Notes under the pieces: generated by a model | What the model was told of the DNA's origin: nothing | The model's database searches: none | Seen by the model: the letters and a program-made list of their open reading frames with translations, nothing else | Shown: one piece after another, positions 37,925 to 47,211 of the stretch | How positions within the stretch are numbered: the stretch's first letter is position 1 | Layout of the letters: every line of letters starts with the position of its first letter | Position numbers and translations under genes: made by a program | Assembly (NCBI GenBank): GCA_026418295.1 | Contig: JAOABP010000002.1 | Span: 26,244 to 90,243, forward strand | DNA length: 64,000 bases | Origin: a candidate division WOR-3 bacterium | GTDB lineage: Bacteria > Hydrothermota > Tepidihabitantia > Tepidihabitantales > Tepidihabitantaceae | Reading direction: 5' to 3'

Positions 37925-40202
37925 ACCGGGGAAAAATAAATAAAATTGCAGACACTGCCAGCAGAGTCACGATGCTGATGAAGAGTCCGATGTTGAGCAG
38001 TTGCCGGTCGTAATAAAGGATAACTGTATGAGTTCCGGCAGGAAGAGCCAATGCGCGCAGGCAGTAATCTGCTCGGAGGATTTCTGCCGGACGACCGTCA
38101 ATGGTTGCGCGCCAGTCCGGATAGAATATTTCGGATATCATCAACAGAGTCGCCCGTTTGAGTTCCCCGTGGAGCATCATCTTTTCCGGCTGACGCTGAA
38201 CAATTGTGATTGAACCGGCGGGTAAACTGTCTGGTTCAGGCAGCGGTTCAGGAGTCTTTTCCAGTACAGCAATTCGCCGGTAATCAAAATCCGGTTCGCT
38301 GAGTCTGGTCAGAATTTCGCGGCGGTCTTTTACAACTACAAAGGTATCGGTCAGCCAGACACGGGGAAGGGCATCAGGATTCCGGACTAATCCGGTGGAA
38401 CGGTTGACCGAGTCTACCATTATCTGATACCGGACATTGAGCAGGTTGTTCTTACGCTGCTGGGGTATGTCAAAGGTTACATAGTCAATGAGTTTCAATG
38501 GTGTGTATCCTTCCAGCAGTTCCAGTTGCCAGAGCAGGCCTTCGTTGCGTTGCAGGACCATATACTGTCCCACCCGGGCGTTGATCCGGAAGGGGTAAGT
38601 GCGGGATTCCTGAACAAGCTGGTCGATGAATGGACGTCGGGGATAGAACTCTTCCGGTCCTACCGAGCTCTGATTAAACCTGTGTCCGAACTGGTAAAGG
38701 TCAAGAAAGCTCACCACGAGCAGAATGGCGGCAAAGCCACTGCTTTTTCCCCGGTTGCGGAGTGTCAGCCAGCTGAAGAAAAGCGCTGCTGTGACGAGAA
38801 GAACAAATAATAGTGACTGCTTGAGGGCGTTGCTGAAGATAGATGTTTCATTCAGTGCCGGAAATATCCGGTTAAAGGCGCCGGCTAATAGTGCAAGGTT
38901 GAAGACAATCGCGTACGCCAGCAGACCGAAACCCGGTATCAGCAGCCGTTTAACCGGCAGTTTTGAATTCAGAAGCACATCGATTCCCTGTCCGGCAAAG
39001 AAGGCAAAGGCGATGGTAAAGAGATTTATGAACCGTGCCGGTATTCGAAAGCGGTTGAAGCCGGGCAGGAGTTCGAAAGTCAACCGATAAAACGGGGTGT
39101 ATTTCCCGAGTGCCAACAGCAGGGCGACCAATGCCAGCAGGGCGAAGTGCCAGCGAAGCCGGTGTTTACTGAAGGCAATACCGATAATGCCCAGAAAGAA
39201 GGGGATAATTCCGAAATAAACAGCGGTTTCCCAGTAGCTGTAGGCAGCGGGATTGCCCCAGAATTCTACAGTATCAGTGCCGCTGCCGGTAATACTTCCG
39301 AAGAATTTGGGTATGAATATTGTGATCAAAAATGACGGCGACAGGGACAGTTCGGCTGATTCTGCATAGGTCATCAGCTCTCGCACTGTAAAGGAGGAAA
39401 ACCGGTATGAGGGAAGATAGGCGCAGGCGGCAAGGGCAAAGCCGGTGAGAATGCTCAGGAGGAACAGCGGCAGGTGAGTGGTGAGAATAAGCCGGCGTTC
39501 AGCACGCCAGCTGGAGATAATGTGAAGCAGAAATAAAAATCCCAGGGCGTATACCATATGTAATGTCATCTGGGGATGCCCGGCAAGATTGGCGATGCCG
39601 AGAAGCATTCCGCCCACCAGTGCATCTCGGATGTGCCGTGAGCTGAGCGTCCGGTAAAAGAACAGCAGAATCAGGGGAAACCAGGCAAAGGTGCTGATCA
39701 GAGTCAGATGGATGATATGCATAATCATGAAGCCGGAAAAGGCAAAGGTCATTCCGCTGATGAGACCGGCAAGTGGTGATGCCCGGAGTTCCCGCATCAG
39801 GAGATAAAATCCGACTCCTCCGAGCAGGATGTGTAAAATACATTTGAATTCCACGATCCAGAAGACCAGCCGCTGACTGCTGGTGGAAAGAAATGCCAGC
39901 AGCCAGTTCAGGGGGTAGAATACCTGGGTCTGAATATCGGCAAGAAACGGCATTCCGCCGAACATATACGGGTTCCAGACCGGGATTGTCAACTGGCGCA
40001 GCTGGTTGAAGAGGAAGTAGTGAAATGGGTAATACTGATAAAGAATATCCTCCCAGAAAAAACTTCTGCCATTAAGAGTGTTCCAGAAATAGACCAAGAC
40101 CGCAAGGCTGAGTACCAGATGGGGTAATAATTTCCGGATCAAACCGGCGTTTTTGACCGGAATTGGTGGTCGGACCGGAGGTCTGCGGCTCCGGCGTTTC
40201 AT
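37872..40202 (-). CDS. YfhO-family integral membrane protein (GT-C-like putative glycosyltransferase)
   Basis: N-terminal FFWEDILYQYYPF…PVWNPYMFGGMPF. More than 12 predicted TM helices plus a large C-terminal extracytoplasmic domain. Convergent 53-nt overlap with the UbiA gene. Confidence 0.65.
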   Translation of the reverse strand: MKRRSRRPPVRPPIPVKNAGLIRKLLPHLVLSLAVLVYFWNTLNGRSFFWEDILYQYYPFHYFLFNQLRQLTIPVWNPYMFGGMPFLADIQTQVFYPLNWLLAFLSTSSQRLVFWIVEFKCILHILLGGVGFYLLMRELRASPLAGLISGMTFAFSGFMIMHIIHLTLISTFAWFPLILLFFYRTLSSRHIRDALVGGMLLGIANLAGHPQMTLHMVYALGFLFLLHIISSWRAERRLILTTHLPLFLLSILTGFALAACAYLPSYRFSSFTVRELMTYAESAELSLSPSFLITIFIPKFFGSITGSGTDTVEFWGNPAAYSYWETAVYFGIIPFFLGIIGIAFSKHRLRWHFALLALVALLLALGKYTPFYRLTFELLPGFNRFRIPARFINLFTIAFAFFAGQGIDVLLNSKLPVKRLLIPGFGLLAYAIVFNLALLAGAFNRIFPALNETSIFSNALKQSLLFVLLVTAALFFSWLTLRNRGKSSGFAAILLVVSFLDLYQFGHRFNQSSVGPEEFYPRRPFIDQLVQESRTYPFRINARVGQYMVLQRNEGLLWQLELLEGYTPLKLIDYVTFDIPQQRKNNLLNVRYQIMVDSVNRSTGLVRNPDALPRVWLTDTFVVVKDRREILTRLSEPDFDYRRIAVLEKTPEPLPEPDSLPAGSITIVQRQPEKMMLHGELKRATLLMISEIFYPDWRATIDGRPAEILRADYCLRALALPAGTHTVILYYDRQLLNIGLFISIVTLLAVSAILFIFPRFRNKGSAPHLSSTKTHQ

Positions 40203-41308
40203 TGCTGGATAACCGGACGGGCAGGTGTATATTGCTGCAGCTGTCTTTTGCCCCGGGCGGCTTTCTCTCCAAATGGACCCTGGCGAATTACTGCCAGTTC
40301 CCGCCGGGCATCACGGATAATCGCCTCAGCTTCCGGGTTAGCTTCTTTACCTTTAAGAGACAGAAAGGCATGAGCACCAGCAATTCTGCCTTCTAAAATT
40401 GCGGTCGATGCTTCTTCAATTCCGCTGACATCACCGGCGACATAGACTCCGGGGACACTGGTCTGCAGGTTTTCATCATGCCAGGCAACCAAGCCTCCCA
40501 GTTCCGGAATATACACAAGATAACAGTCGATTTGAGATAACAATTCTATCAATGGGGAGAGTCCTACTGCCAGACAGATAGTATCGACCTTCAGTTTTCT
40601 CTCCGACCCTTTTATCGGACGGAATTTCCGGTTCACTCTGCAGATAACCGCACCGGTTACATATTCTTTCCCCAGTGCAGCTTTGATCGTGTGGGAGGTC
40701 AGGATTGGCACCCCGCAGCGGCGGAGTTTAGCAGCATGGACGTGGTAGCCGCCGATATAGGGGAGCGCTTCAACAACTGCGGCAACTTCCACATCCGCCT
40801 GAAGCAGCTGATAGGAAACAATCAGGCCGATATTACCCGAACCAATCATCAGTACCCTTTTGCCCGGTCTGATGCCATAAACATTCATCAGCGTCTGAAC
40901 CGCACCCGCACCGTAAACGCCCGGAAGATCATTGTTTTCAAACAGAACGTTATTTTCATAGGCACCGGTCGCAATAATCAGCCGGTCATAGGTAAGTTTG
41001 GTAAACTGCTGACTGCTGGCGAGGCCGAGGATGTTCGGCTGAAAATGGCCGATCACAGTGGTGTTGAGGACAATCTCGGCGCCGGTTTTGCGCAGTTCCT
41101 GTTCGAGAATGGCAGCGATATCAACTCCTCTGGTTCCACAGTAATGTGTTCGGGAACCGAAGAATTTGTGGGTTTGTTTGATCAGCTGGCCACCAAGCCG
41201 GGGGTTGTCGTCAATTACGGTTACCTGCGCGCCGAGCCGGGCAGCAACAATTCCTGCTGACAGCCCGGCCGGTCCGCCGCCCACAATTGCAATTTCCGTG
41301 TGTTTCAC
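40199..41308 (-). CDS. FAD/NAD(P)-binding pyridine nucleotide-disulfide-family oxidoreductase
   Basis: Two dinucleotide-binding motifs (IAIVGGGPAGLSAGIVAA and VLMIGSGNIGLIVSYQL). Likely GTG start after a GGAGG, just downstream of the 2Fe-2S gene stop. Confidence 0.7.
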   Translation of the reverse strand: MKHTEIAIVGGGPAGLSAGIVAARLGAQVTVIDDNPRLGGQLIKQTHKFFGSRTHYCGTRGVDIAAILEQELRKTGAEIVLNTTVIGHFQPNILGLASSQQFTKLTYDRLIIATGAYENNVLFENNDLPGVYGAGAVQTLMNVYGIRPGKRVLMIGSGNIGLIVSYQLLQADVEVAAVVEALPYIGGYHVHAAKLRRCGVPILTSHTIKAALGKEYVTGAVICRVNRKFRPIKGSERKLKVDTICLAVGLSPLIELLSQIDCYLVYIPELGGLVAWHDENLQTSVPGVYVAGDVSGIEEASTAILEGRIAGAHAFLSLKGKEANPEAEAIIRDARRELAVIRQGPFGEKAARGKRQLQQYTPARPVIQQ

Positions 41309-41318
41309 TCTGCCTCCT

Positions 41319-41651
41319 TTACAGTTTTCCCCGGCCGTGCTGACGCTCAACCCGGACCCCTTCCCGGAGCGGTTCCATACACACCATGGTATTCGGTACT
41401 CCATCCACCACCATCAGACAGGAGGAGCACTTGCCGACTGCGCAGAAAAATCCGCGGGCACGCTTATGCTTTTCGGTATAACGAAAAACCTTGACACCAT
41501 TGGCAACCAGTGCGGCTGCAATCGTTTCTCCAAGGTAGCCCTGCATCGGCTTGCCTTCAAAATAAAAAGTAACCTTCTTCCCCCGATTAAAGGTTAATAT
41601 CGGGTGATTGGTAATTCTGGTCTCTTTAGGTTCAGAGGTTTTCCTGGACAT
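41319..41651 (-). CDS. (2Fe-2S)-binding protein (sarcosine-oxidase-alpha N-terminal-like)
   Basis: KKVTFYFEGKPMQGYLGETIAAALVANGVKVF…GFFCAVGKCSSCLMVVDGVPNTMVC. Confidence 0.7.
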   Translation of the reverse strand: MSRKTSEPKETRITNHPILTFNRGKKVTFYFEGKPMQGYLGETIAAALVANGVKVFRYTEKHKRARGFFCAVGKCSSCLMVVDGVPNTMVCMEPLREGVRVERQHGRGKL

Positions 41652-42411
41652 AGTTGACCGCATTCTCAAATATGACAATTCCATCCGGTTTTGTCAAATT
41701 TTCCCGATGCCAGCGGGGATGGTGTTCCCGTCTGGTATAGCGTTCGGGATGGGGCATCAGGCCGAAGATTCTGCCAGTGGGATCACAGATGCCGGCAATA
41801 CCTTCGACTGATCCGTTGGGATTATCAGGATAGCCTGCCCGTTCGCCCCGGGCATTGACATAGCGGAGGACTATCTGTCCGCGGGCATTGAGCTGCCGGA
41901 GAGTCTCCGGCGTATCAACAATAAACTTGCCTTCGCTGTGGGCAACCGGCAGGTACACGATCTCAGGCAGGTTGCGGGTGAAAACGCAGGGTGTCGTTTC
42001 AGTTCTCAGATAAACCCAGCGATCTTCATAACGGGCGGAGTCATTGGTATCAAGGGTCACCCGCTGTGGTTCAAACGGCTTTTCCAGTGCCGGCAAGAGT
42101 CCGCTTTTAACCAGCACCTGGAAACCGTTGCAGATACCGAGGATCAGCTTGCCCTCGGCAAGAAACCGCTCGATTTCTTCTGACAGATTATGTTTGATTT
42201 CATTTGCCAGCACCCGGCCGGAGGCAATATAGTCGCCATAAGAAAATCCGCCGGGGATTACAAAAATCTGATAGTTACGGAGCAGGGCCGGTTTTTTCTT
42301 CAGCCGGTTAATGTGGACCGTTTCCGGACAGGCTCCGGCAAGTTCAAAGGCATAGGCGGTTTCTTCGTCGCAGTTGATGCCGGCGGCAAAGAGCACGCAC
42401 ACCCGGATCAT
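41632..42411 (-). CDS. purQ: phosphoribosylformylglycinamidine synthase subunit PurQ (glutamine amidotransferase)
   Basis: GINCDEET…PGGFSYGDY…GICNGFQVL…HGEG…GLMPHPER aligns with PurQ. Confidence 0.85.
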   Translation of the reverse strand: MIRVCVLFAAGINCDEETAYAFELAGACPETVHINRLKKKPALLRNYQIFVIPGGFSYGDYIASGRVLANEIKHNLSEEIERFLAEGKLILGICNGFQVLVKSGLLPALEKPFEPQRVTLDTNDSARYEDRWVYLRTETTPCVFTRNLPEIVYLPVAHSEGKFIVDTPETLRQLNARGQIVLRYVNARGERAGYPDNPNGSVEGIAGICDPTGRIFGLMPHPERYTRREHHPRWHRENLTKPDGIVIFENAVNYVQENL

Positions 42412-42512
42412 ATTTTTAAAGAATAACCGGTTCCAAGCGAGTGTCAATTGTGGAAAAACGTCCCTGTATCAGGGCGAGCTTGATTGCGCCCGGGTATCGG
42501 TTAAAACATTAA

Positions 42513-43106
42513 GTGGCAAGAAATCTGTTCTGGCTTTTGATATTTGCCGGGTGCGCCGCTGTAATTGAACCAGGTGATGGTCGTGCAGGTTCATATCTTC
42601 GGGGTGGCGTTAATGTCGAGCGATTTGTCGAGGGTTTTGGGCAGAGACGTCCCTCACGGCTGCTGGGACTTTTTACCAGCGAACCCGGAATCGAGATCGC
42701 CGGGTTGGGTGTGGTGGCTCAGGGCCGGGCTGAAATCGGCGATTTTCTGGCTTACGGGCAGGCAGTGCAATCCCGGCTGAAACTGCTTGAGCTGCAGACG
42801 GAAGCGGATTCAGTCTTCTGCCGGCTCGAGGAGAGAAACATCTGGCTTGAGCTGCTGGGCTGCAGTCCACTGCAGTATCAGGCGGTTTTTCTGCTGGAAG
42901 ATGGCAAGATTAACCGCGTGCGCATCCGGCTGGAACCGGCAAGCCGGGCTGAGCTCATCGGCAAGGGGCTGCAGTTTTTTAACTGGCTCAAACATCAGGA
43001 ACCCCAATTGCTTGTTCAGCTGATGCCGGACGGCAGGTTCCAGTTCACCCCTGAGAACGGCAGCAGGCTTCTGGAGCTGATTCGCAGCTGGCAGAGGCAG
43101 AATTGA
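42513..43106 (+). CDS. hypothetical lipoprotein, NTF2/SnoaL-like fold suspected
   Basis: Signal peptide with Cys ([10 protein letters not shown]). No motif-level assignment. Confidence 0.4.
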   Translation: MARNLFWLLIFAGCAAVIEPGDGRAGSYLRGGVNVERFVEGFGQRRPSRLLGLFTSEPGIEIAGLGVVAQGRAEIGDFLAYGQAVQSRLKLLELQTEADSVFCRLEERNIWLELLGCSPLQYQAVFLLEDGKINRVRIRLEPASRAELIGKGLQFFNWLKHQEPQLLVQLMPDGRFQFTPENGSRLLELIRSWQRQN

Positions 43107-43147
43107 CATTAATCATTAAAAAGGTATTTTACAGAAAAGGAGGCAGA

Positions 43148-44005
43148 TTGGATAATAAAAAGGTTGGTGTGATTGGTGCCGGAACAATGGGGTCCGGCAT
43201 TGCCCAGGTTTTTGCTCAGAACGGTTACGAGGTGATTCTGGTGGATGTGGAACAGCGGCTGATTGATAATGGACTGGCAGCGATTAAAAAATTCCTGGAC
43301 AAACTGGTGGAAAAGGGAAAGATTGATTCCCAGAGCGCACAGGAGACCATAAGGCGCATTACTCCGAATCTGGATCTGGCGGCATGCTCGGACTGCGGAC
43401 TGGTGGTTGAAGCGGTTACCGAGAATGTGGCGGTGAAGAAAGATATCTTTGCCCGGCTGGATAAACTCTGCAGTCCGGATTCGATTCTAGCAACGAATAC
43501 TTCCACCATTTCGGTCACCCTGCTGGGGGCAGCAACCAGAAGACCGGAGAAAGTAGCAGGAATGCATTTTATGAACCCGGTGCCACTGATGCCGCTGGTG
43601 GAGGTGGTGCGGGGTCTTGCGACTGCAGATGCGGTTATTGAGGAAATTGTTGCCCGGTCCAAGGAACTGGGGAAGACACCGGTGGTGGTTAACGATTCGC
43701 CCGGTTTTGTCTCCAACCGGGTGCTGATGCCGATGATTAATGAGGCAATTTTCTGTCTGGAGACTGGGGTAGCGGACCGGGAGGCGATCGACACAGTGAT
43801 GAAACTGGGGATGAATCATCCGATGGGTCCGCTGGCGCTGGCAGATCTGATCGGTCTGGATGTGGTGCTGGCGATTCTGGAGGTGCTGTATCAGGACCTG
43901 GGGGACCCGAAATACCGTCCCTGTCCGCTGCTGCGCCGGATGGTGGCTGCCGGCTATCTGGGACGCAAGACCGGCAGAGGGTTTTATGATTATTCCCGGA
44001 AATAG
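43148..44005 (+). CDS. hbd: 3-hydroxybutyryl-CoA dehydrogenase
   Basis: [29 protein letters not shown]-terminal 3HCDH domain. Likely TTG start after AAAAGGAGG. Confidence 0.88.
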   Translation: MDNKKVGVIGAGTMGSGIAQVFAQNGYEVILVDVEQRLIDNGLAAIKKFLDKLVEKGKIDSQSAQETIRRITPNLDLAACSDCGLVVEAVTENVAVKKDIFARLDKLCSPDSILATNTSTISVTLLGAATRRPEKVAGMHFMNPVPLMPLVEVVRGLATADAVIEEIVARSKELGKTPVVVNDSPGFVSNRVLMPMINEAIFCLETGVADREAIDTVMKLGMNHPMGPLALADLIGLDVVLAILEVLYQDLGDPKYRPCPLLRRMVAAGYLGRKTGRGFYDYSRK

Positions 44006-44025
44006 CCGTTCCTGTTAGGTAGACA

Positions 44026-45396
44026 GTGGCAACCGTTCCCGCAAGGAAAATCCTGACCGTTTCTCAGGTAAATGCACTCGTTGCCGGGATGCTTGATGAG
44101 TATTTTTCCGATCTCTGGATTACCGGCGAGGTCTCAAATCTGAACTATCATTCCAGCGGGCATATCTATTTTAAACTGAAGGATGAGGGGGCACAGATTG
44201 ATGCCGCCTGCTTCAGGAGTTCAGCTCAGAAGCTGAAATTCCGGCTTGAGGACGGGATGCAGGTTGTTGCCCATGGCCGGCTGGAAATTTATGTTCCATC
44301 AGGCAGATACCAGATTATTCTTGATACGATTGAACCCCGGGGTATTGGTGCGCTCCAGCAGGCGTTTGAACAGCTCAAGCGGAAACTGGAAAAGGAAGGG
44401 CTGTTTGACCCCGAACGCAAACGTCCTCTGCCCAAACTGCCGCGGGTGATCGGGATTATCACTTCCCCTTCCGGTGCGGCGATCCGGGATATGCTCAAGA
44501 CGCTGCGTCTGCACCGGGCGCACTGCCGCGTCCTTCTTTATCCGGTCCAGGTTCAAGGGGAGGGTGCTGCCGAACAGATTGCGCGCGCCCTTGCCGGGCT
44601 CAACCGGCGGGATGATGTGGAGGTAATAATTCTGGGCCGGGGTGGCGGTTCAATTGAGGACCTCTGGCCCTTTAATGAGGAAATTGTCGCCCGGGCGATC
44701 GCTGCCTCGCGAATTCCGGTGGTTACCGGTATTGGCCATGAAGTAGACTACACGATTGCGGACTTTGTTGCCGATTACCGGGCAGCAACTCCGACCGCCG
44801 CTGCTCAGAAAGTGGCACAGGGCTGGCAGGAGCTGGAGCAGCGGTTTGAACAGACAGAAAAGGAACTGGTAATGACTATTCAGGATCTGCTGTTTCATCT
44901 TGAGCAGCGGATTGACGAACTCAGCCGGCACCGGGCATTTGAGCAGGTGGTGCGCCGGGTCCGGGAGTTTCATCATCATGCCGAGATCCTGCAGGCGGAG
45001 ATGAGAGACGTCTTCCGCCGGCTGATCAGTGTTCGGAATGAAACCCTCAACCGGCTGAGGGAACGGCTCAGTCATCAGAATCCGGCAGTGAAAATCCGGC
45101 AGGGCATGATTCAGCTGAACGGACTGAAGACCGGATTGCAGCAGGCGATTACCGGCACCGTCACAGGTTTGAGCACCCGGCTGGCGCGTCTTGCCGGCGC
45201 ACTTGACGCTTTGAGTCCGCTTGCCATTCTCGCACGGGGCTATGCGTTGTGTTTCAGCGCGGATGGGACATTAATCAAGAAGATTAATCAGGTGGAACCT
45301 GGAGAAGAGATGCTGGTCCTGCTCAGTGACGGCAGGTTGAAGTGCGGGGTGCAGGAAAAAATCCCGGGAGGAGAAAATGGGAAACAAGAACAGTGA
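44026..45396 (+). CDS. xseA: exodeoxyribonuclease VII large subunit
   Basis: OB-fold N-terminus LTVSQVNALVAGML…WITGEVSNLNYHSSGHIYFKLKD, then catalytic and coiled-coil regions. Confidence 0.92.
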   Translation: MATVPARKILTVSQVNALVAGMLDEYFSDLWITGEVSNLNYHSSGHIYFKLKDEGAQIDAACFRSSAQKLKFRLEDGMQVVAHGRLEIYVPSGRYQIILDTIEPRGIGALQQAFEQLKRKLEKEGLFDPERKRPLPKLPRVIGIITSPSGAAIRDMLKTLRLHRAHCRVLLYPVQVQGEGAAEQIARALAGLNRRDDVEVIILGRGGGSIEDLWPFNEEIVARAIAASRIPVVTGIGHEVDYTIADFVADYRAATPTAAAQKVAQGWQELEQRFEQTEKELVMTIQDLLFHLEQRIDELSRHRAFEQVVRRVREFHHHAEILQAEMRDVFRRLISVRNETLNRLRERLSHQNPAVKIRQGMIQLNGLKTGLQQAITGTVTGLSTRLARLAGALDALSPLAILARGYALCFSADGTLIKKINQVEPGEEMLVLLSDGRLKCGVQEKIPGGENGKQEQ

Positions 45397-45625
45397 GGAA
45401 AAAATTGATTTTGAGCAGGCGCTTGCCGAGCTGGAGAAGATAGTCAAGCAACTGGAGAATGGCAGTCTGCCGCTTGAGCAGTCGCTGGCGCTGTTTGAAC
45501 GCGGGGTGAAGCTGGCGCGGCAGTGTCGGGAAAAACTGCAGGCGGCAGAGCTCAAGATTAATAAGCTGATTGAGGAACGGGAAGGGGAGCTGAACGAGGA
45601 GCCATTTTCCGAAGAACCGGATTAG
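45377..45625 (+). CDS. xseB: exodeoxyribonuclease VII small subunit
   Basis: FEQALAELEKIVKQLENGSLPLEQSLALFERGVKLARQCREKL. Confidence 0.92.
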   Translation: MGNKNSEEKIDFEQALAELEKIVKQLENGSLPLEQSLALFERGVKLARQCREKLQAAELKINKLIEEREGELNEEPFSEEPD

Positions 45626-45789
45626 AACTCGCTCATATCGTAGCCCAGAATCTTGGATTTCTTGAACTCGGCAACCTTGTTGCCCTTGTCATCATAGAGG
45701 ACATAATTCTCGCCCTCTTCCACAATCTTTTCGGCGATGATGTTCACACGAAAAACAGGATTGGAATCCAGATAGATGTGAAAGGTCAT
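45622..45789 (-). CDS. unannotated small ORF (55 aa) MTFHIYLDSNPVFRVNIIAEKIVEEGENYVLYDDKGNKVAEFKKSKILGYDMSEF
   Basis: Below the 60-aa cutoff of the supplied track; found by manual reverse-strand translation. ATG start; stop overlaps the xseB stop convergently by 4 nt. Confidence 0.35.
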   Translation of the reverse strand: MTFHIYLDSNPVFRVNIIAEKIVEEGENYVLYDDKGNKVAEFKKSKILGYDMSEF

Positions 45790-46309
45790 AAACCAGCCCC
45801 TTTCTTTTTTGTATGAGCATACCTTTTCACAGGCTGGCTGTCAACAACGTCCCCTTAGCCAAAATTCCTATTTACCGGTCCGGTTATTCCAAAGCATTCC
45901 GGATGGAGAGCGGTAATGGGGGAAAGCCGCGGGGAAACCTGATGGAGAGAGGAGCCATGTCATCGAACGGCAGTCCGGACTCAGTAATAAACTTGAGTGT
46001 GACTCCGGACTGCCAATGGTGATTTGTGGCGGGTCATATGACCCAGGTCGGTGAAAAAGCCAGCCTTTTAATTACTCCGGATGAACCCCCAATATGCCAG
46101 TTTGTGCATTGGTATTATATAATTGCAATAAATTCATATAGATAAATTTAATTGTTACAATATTTATATGTGCAGATTTGTACACATATTCCGTTCCTGA
46201 GTCAGTTCAGATTTTCCGTTTGCAGGAGATATTTGGCGATTGCAGGACAAGTTATTGTGTATTTGGTTCTGGCTGATGGGTGAACACTATTCCAGCCTTG
46301 AATTTTCGT

Positions 46310-46338
46310 TTGACAAAATGCATACCTGAGTGTATAAT
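46310..46338 (+). promoter_or_regulatory. near-perfect sigma-70 promoter TTGACA-17nt-TGtTATAAT (extended -10)
   Basis: TTGACA 46310-46315 and TATAAT 46333-46338. RBS AGGGAGGGAG, then ATG at 46387. Confidence 0.6.
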
Positions 46339-46386
46339 TATATATATAGGGAAGGAATTCCTGTTTAGGAAGGGAGGGAGCTAGTT

Positions 46387-47136
46387 ATGGAGGATATTAG
46401 AAAACTGATTCAAAATCTGCGGGATAAAAACCCGTGTGTACGTAGCGGCGCAGCGTGGGCGCTGGGCGCGACGAAGGACAGTTGTGCGGTTGAACCGCTG
46501 ATTGAGGCGCTCAAGGATGCTCACTGGGATGTGCGGCGCGGTGCAGCGATGGCGTTGGGGATGCTTAAGGATGCGCGGGCGGTCGATGCCCTGATTGCTG
46601 CTTTGAAGGATGAGGACTGGGATGTGCGCTGGAGTGCGGCATGGGCACTGGGTGCGATCAAGGATGCCCGTGCGGTTGAACCGCTGATTGAGGCGCTTAA
46701 GGATGAGCATGCCTGGGTACGCTGTTATGCAGCTGAGGCGCTGGGAAAGATCGGTGATGCGCGGGCGGTGGATGCGCTGATTAACGCACTGCAGGATGAA
46801 GATGCTGCAGTCCGGCGGAGTGCTGCGTGGGCACTTGGATCGCTTAAGGATATCCGGGCGGTAGAGTCACTGATTGGAGTCCTGCGGGATGAGGATCCGG
46901 ATGCCCGGGAGCGGGCGGCGTGGGCGCTGGTGAAACTCGGTTCACGGATTGTTGAGATGCTGATGACCGCAATGCGGCACAGTGATCCGACGGTGCGTCA
47001 GAGCGCTGCCTATGTACTGCGGGCGGTAAAGGACGCCAATTCCTTTGAATCGTTGATGAGTGCACTGCGGGATAACGATTCTGAACTCCGCGACCGGATC
47101 GCTGAGGCGCTGAATGCCATTGCCCAGATCAGGTAG
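46387..47136 (+). CDS. HEAT (PBS-lyase-type) repeat protein
   Basis: Seven or more tandem roughly 31-aa repeats of the form [33 protein letters not shown]. Confidence 0.85.
   Translation: MEDIRKLIQNLRDKNPCVRSGAAWALGATKDSCAVEPLIEALKDAHWDVRRGAAMALGMLKDARAVDALIAALKDEDWDVRWSAAWALGAIKDARAVEPLIEALKDEHAWVRCYAAEALGKIGDARAVDALINALQDEDAAVRRSAAWALGSLKDIRAVESLIGVLRDEDPDARERAAWALVKLGSRIVEMLMTAMRHSDPTVRQSAAYVLRAVKDANSFESLMSALRDNDSELRDRIAEALNAIAQIR
46423..46990 (+). repeat. in-frame tandem 93-bp DNA repeats (HEAT repeat units)
   Basis: Recurrent GATGCGCGGGCGGT(C/G)GATGC(C/G)CTGATT…AAGGATGAGGACTGGGATGTGCG blocks with 93-nt periodicity. Confidence 0.7.
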
Positions 47137-47211
47137 CAGTTTCCGGATTCGAGTGAAGATATTGCTAAGATAAGCTGAGTGAGCCGGAGGAAGGTCCGGG
47201 AGCGAACCGGG

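Noticed and set aside
45813-46022. 69-aa plus-strand ORF inside the AT-rich island
   Set aside because: No RBS, an odd composition, and it spans the palindrome-rich segment. It is more likely non-coding.
46423-46990. possible CRISPR-like periodic repeats
   Set aside because: The repeats are in-frame coding units of the HEAT protein, not separated by unique spacers, and there are no cas genes.
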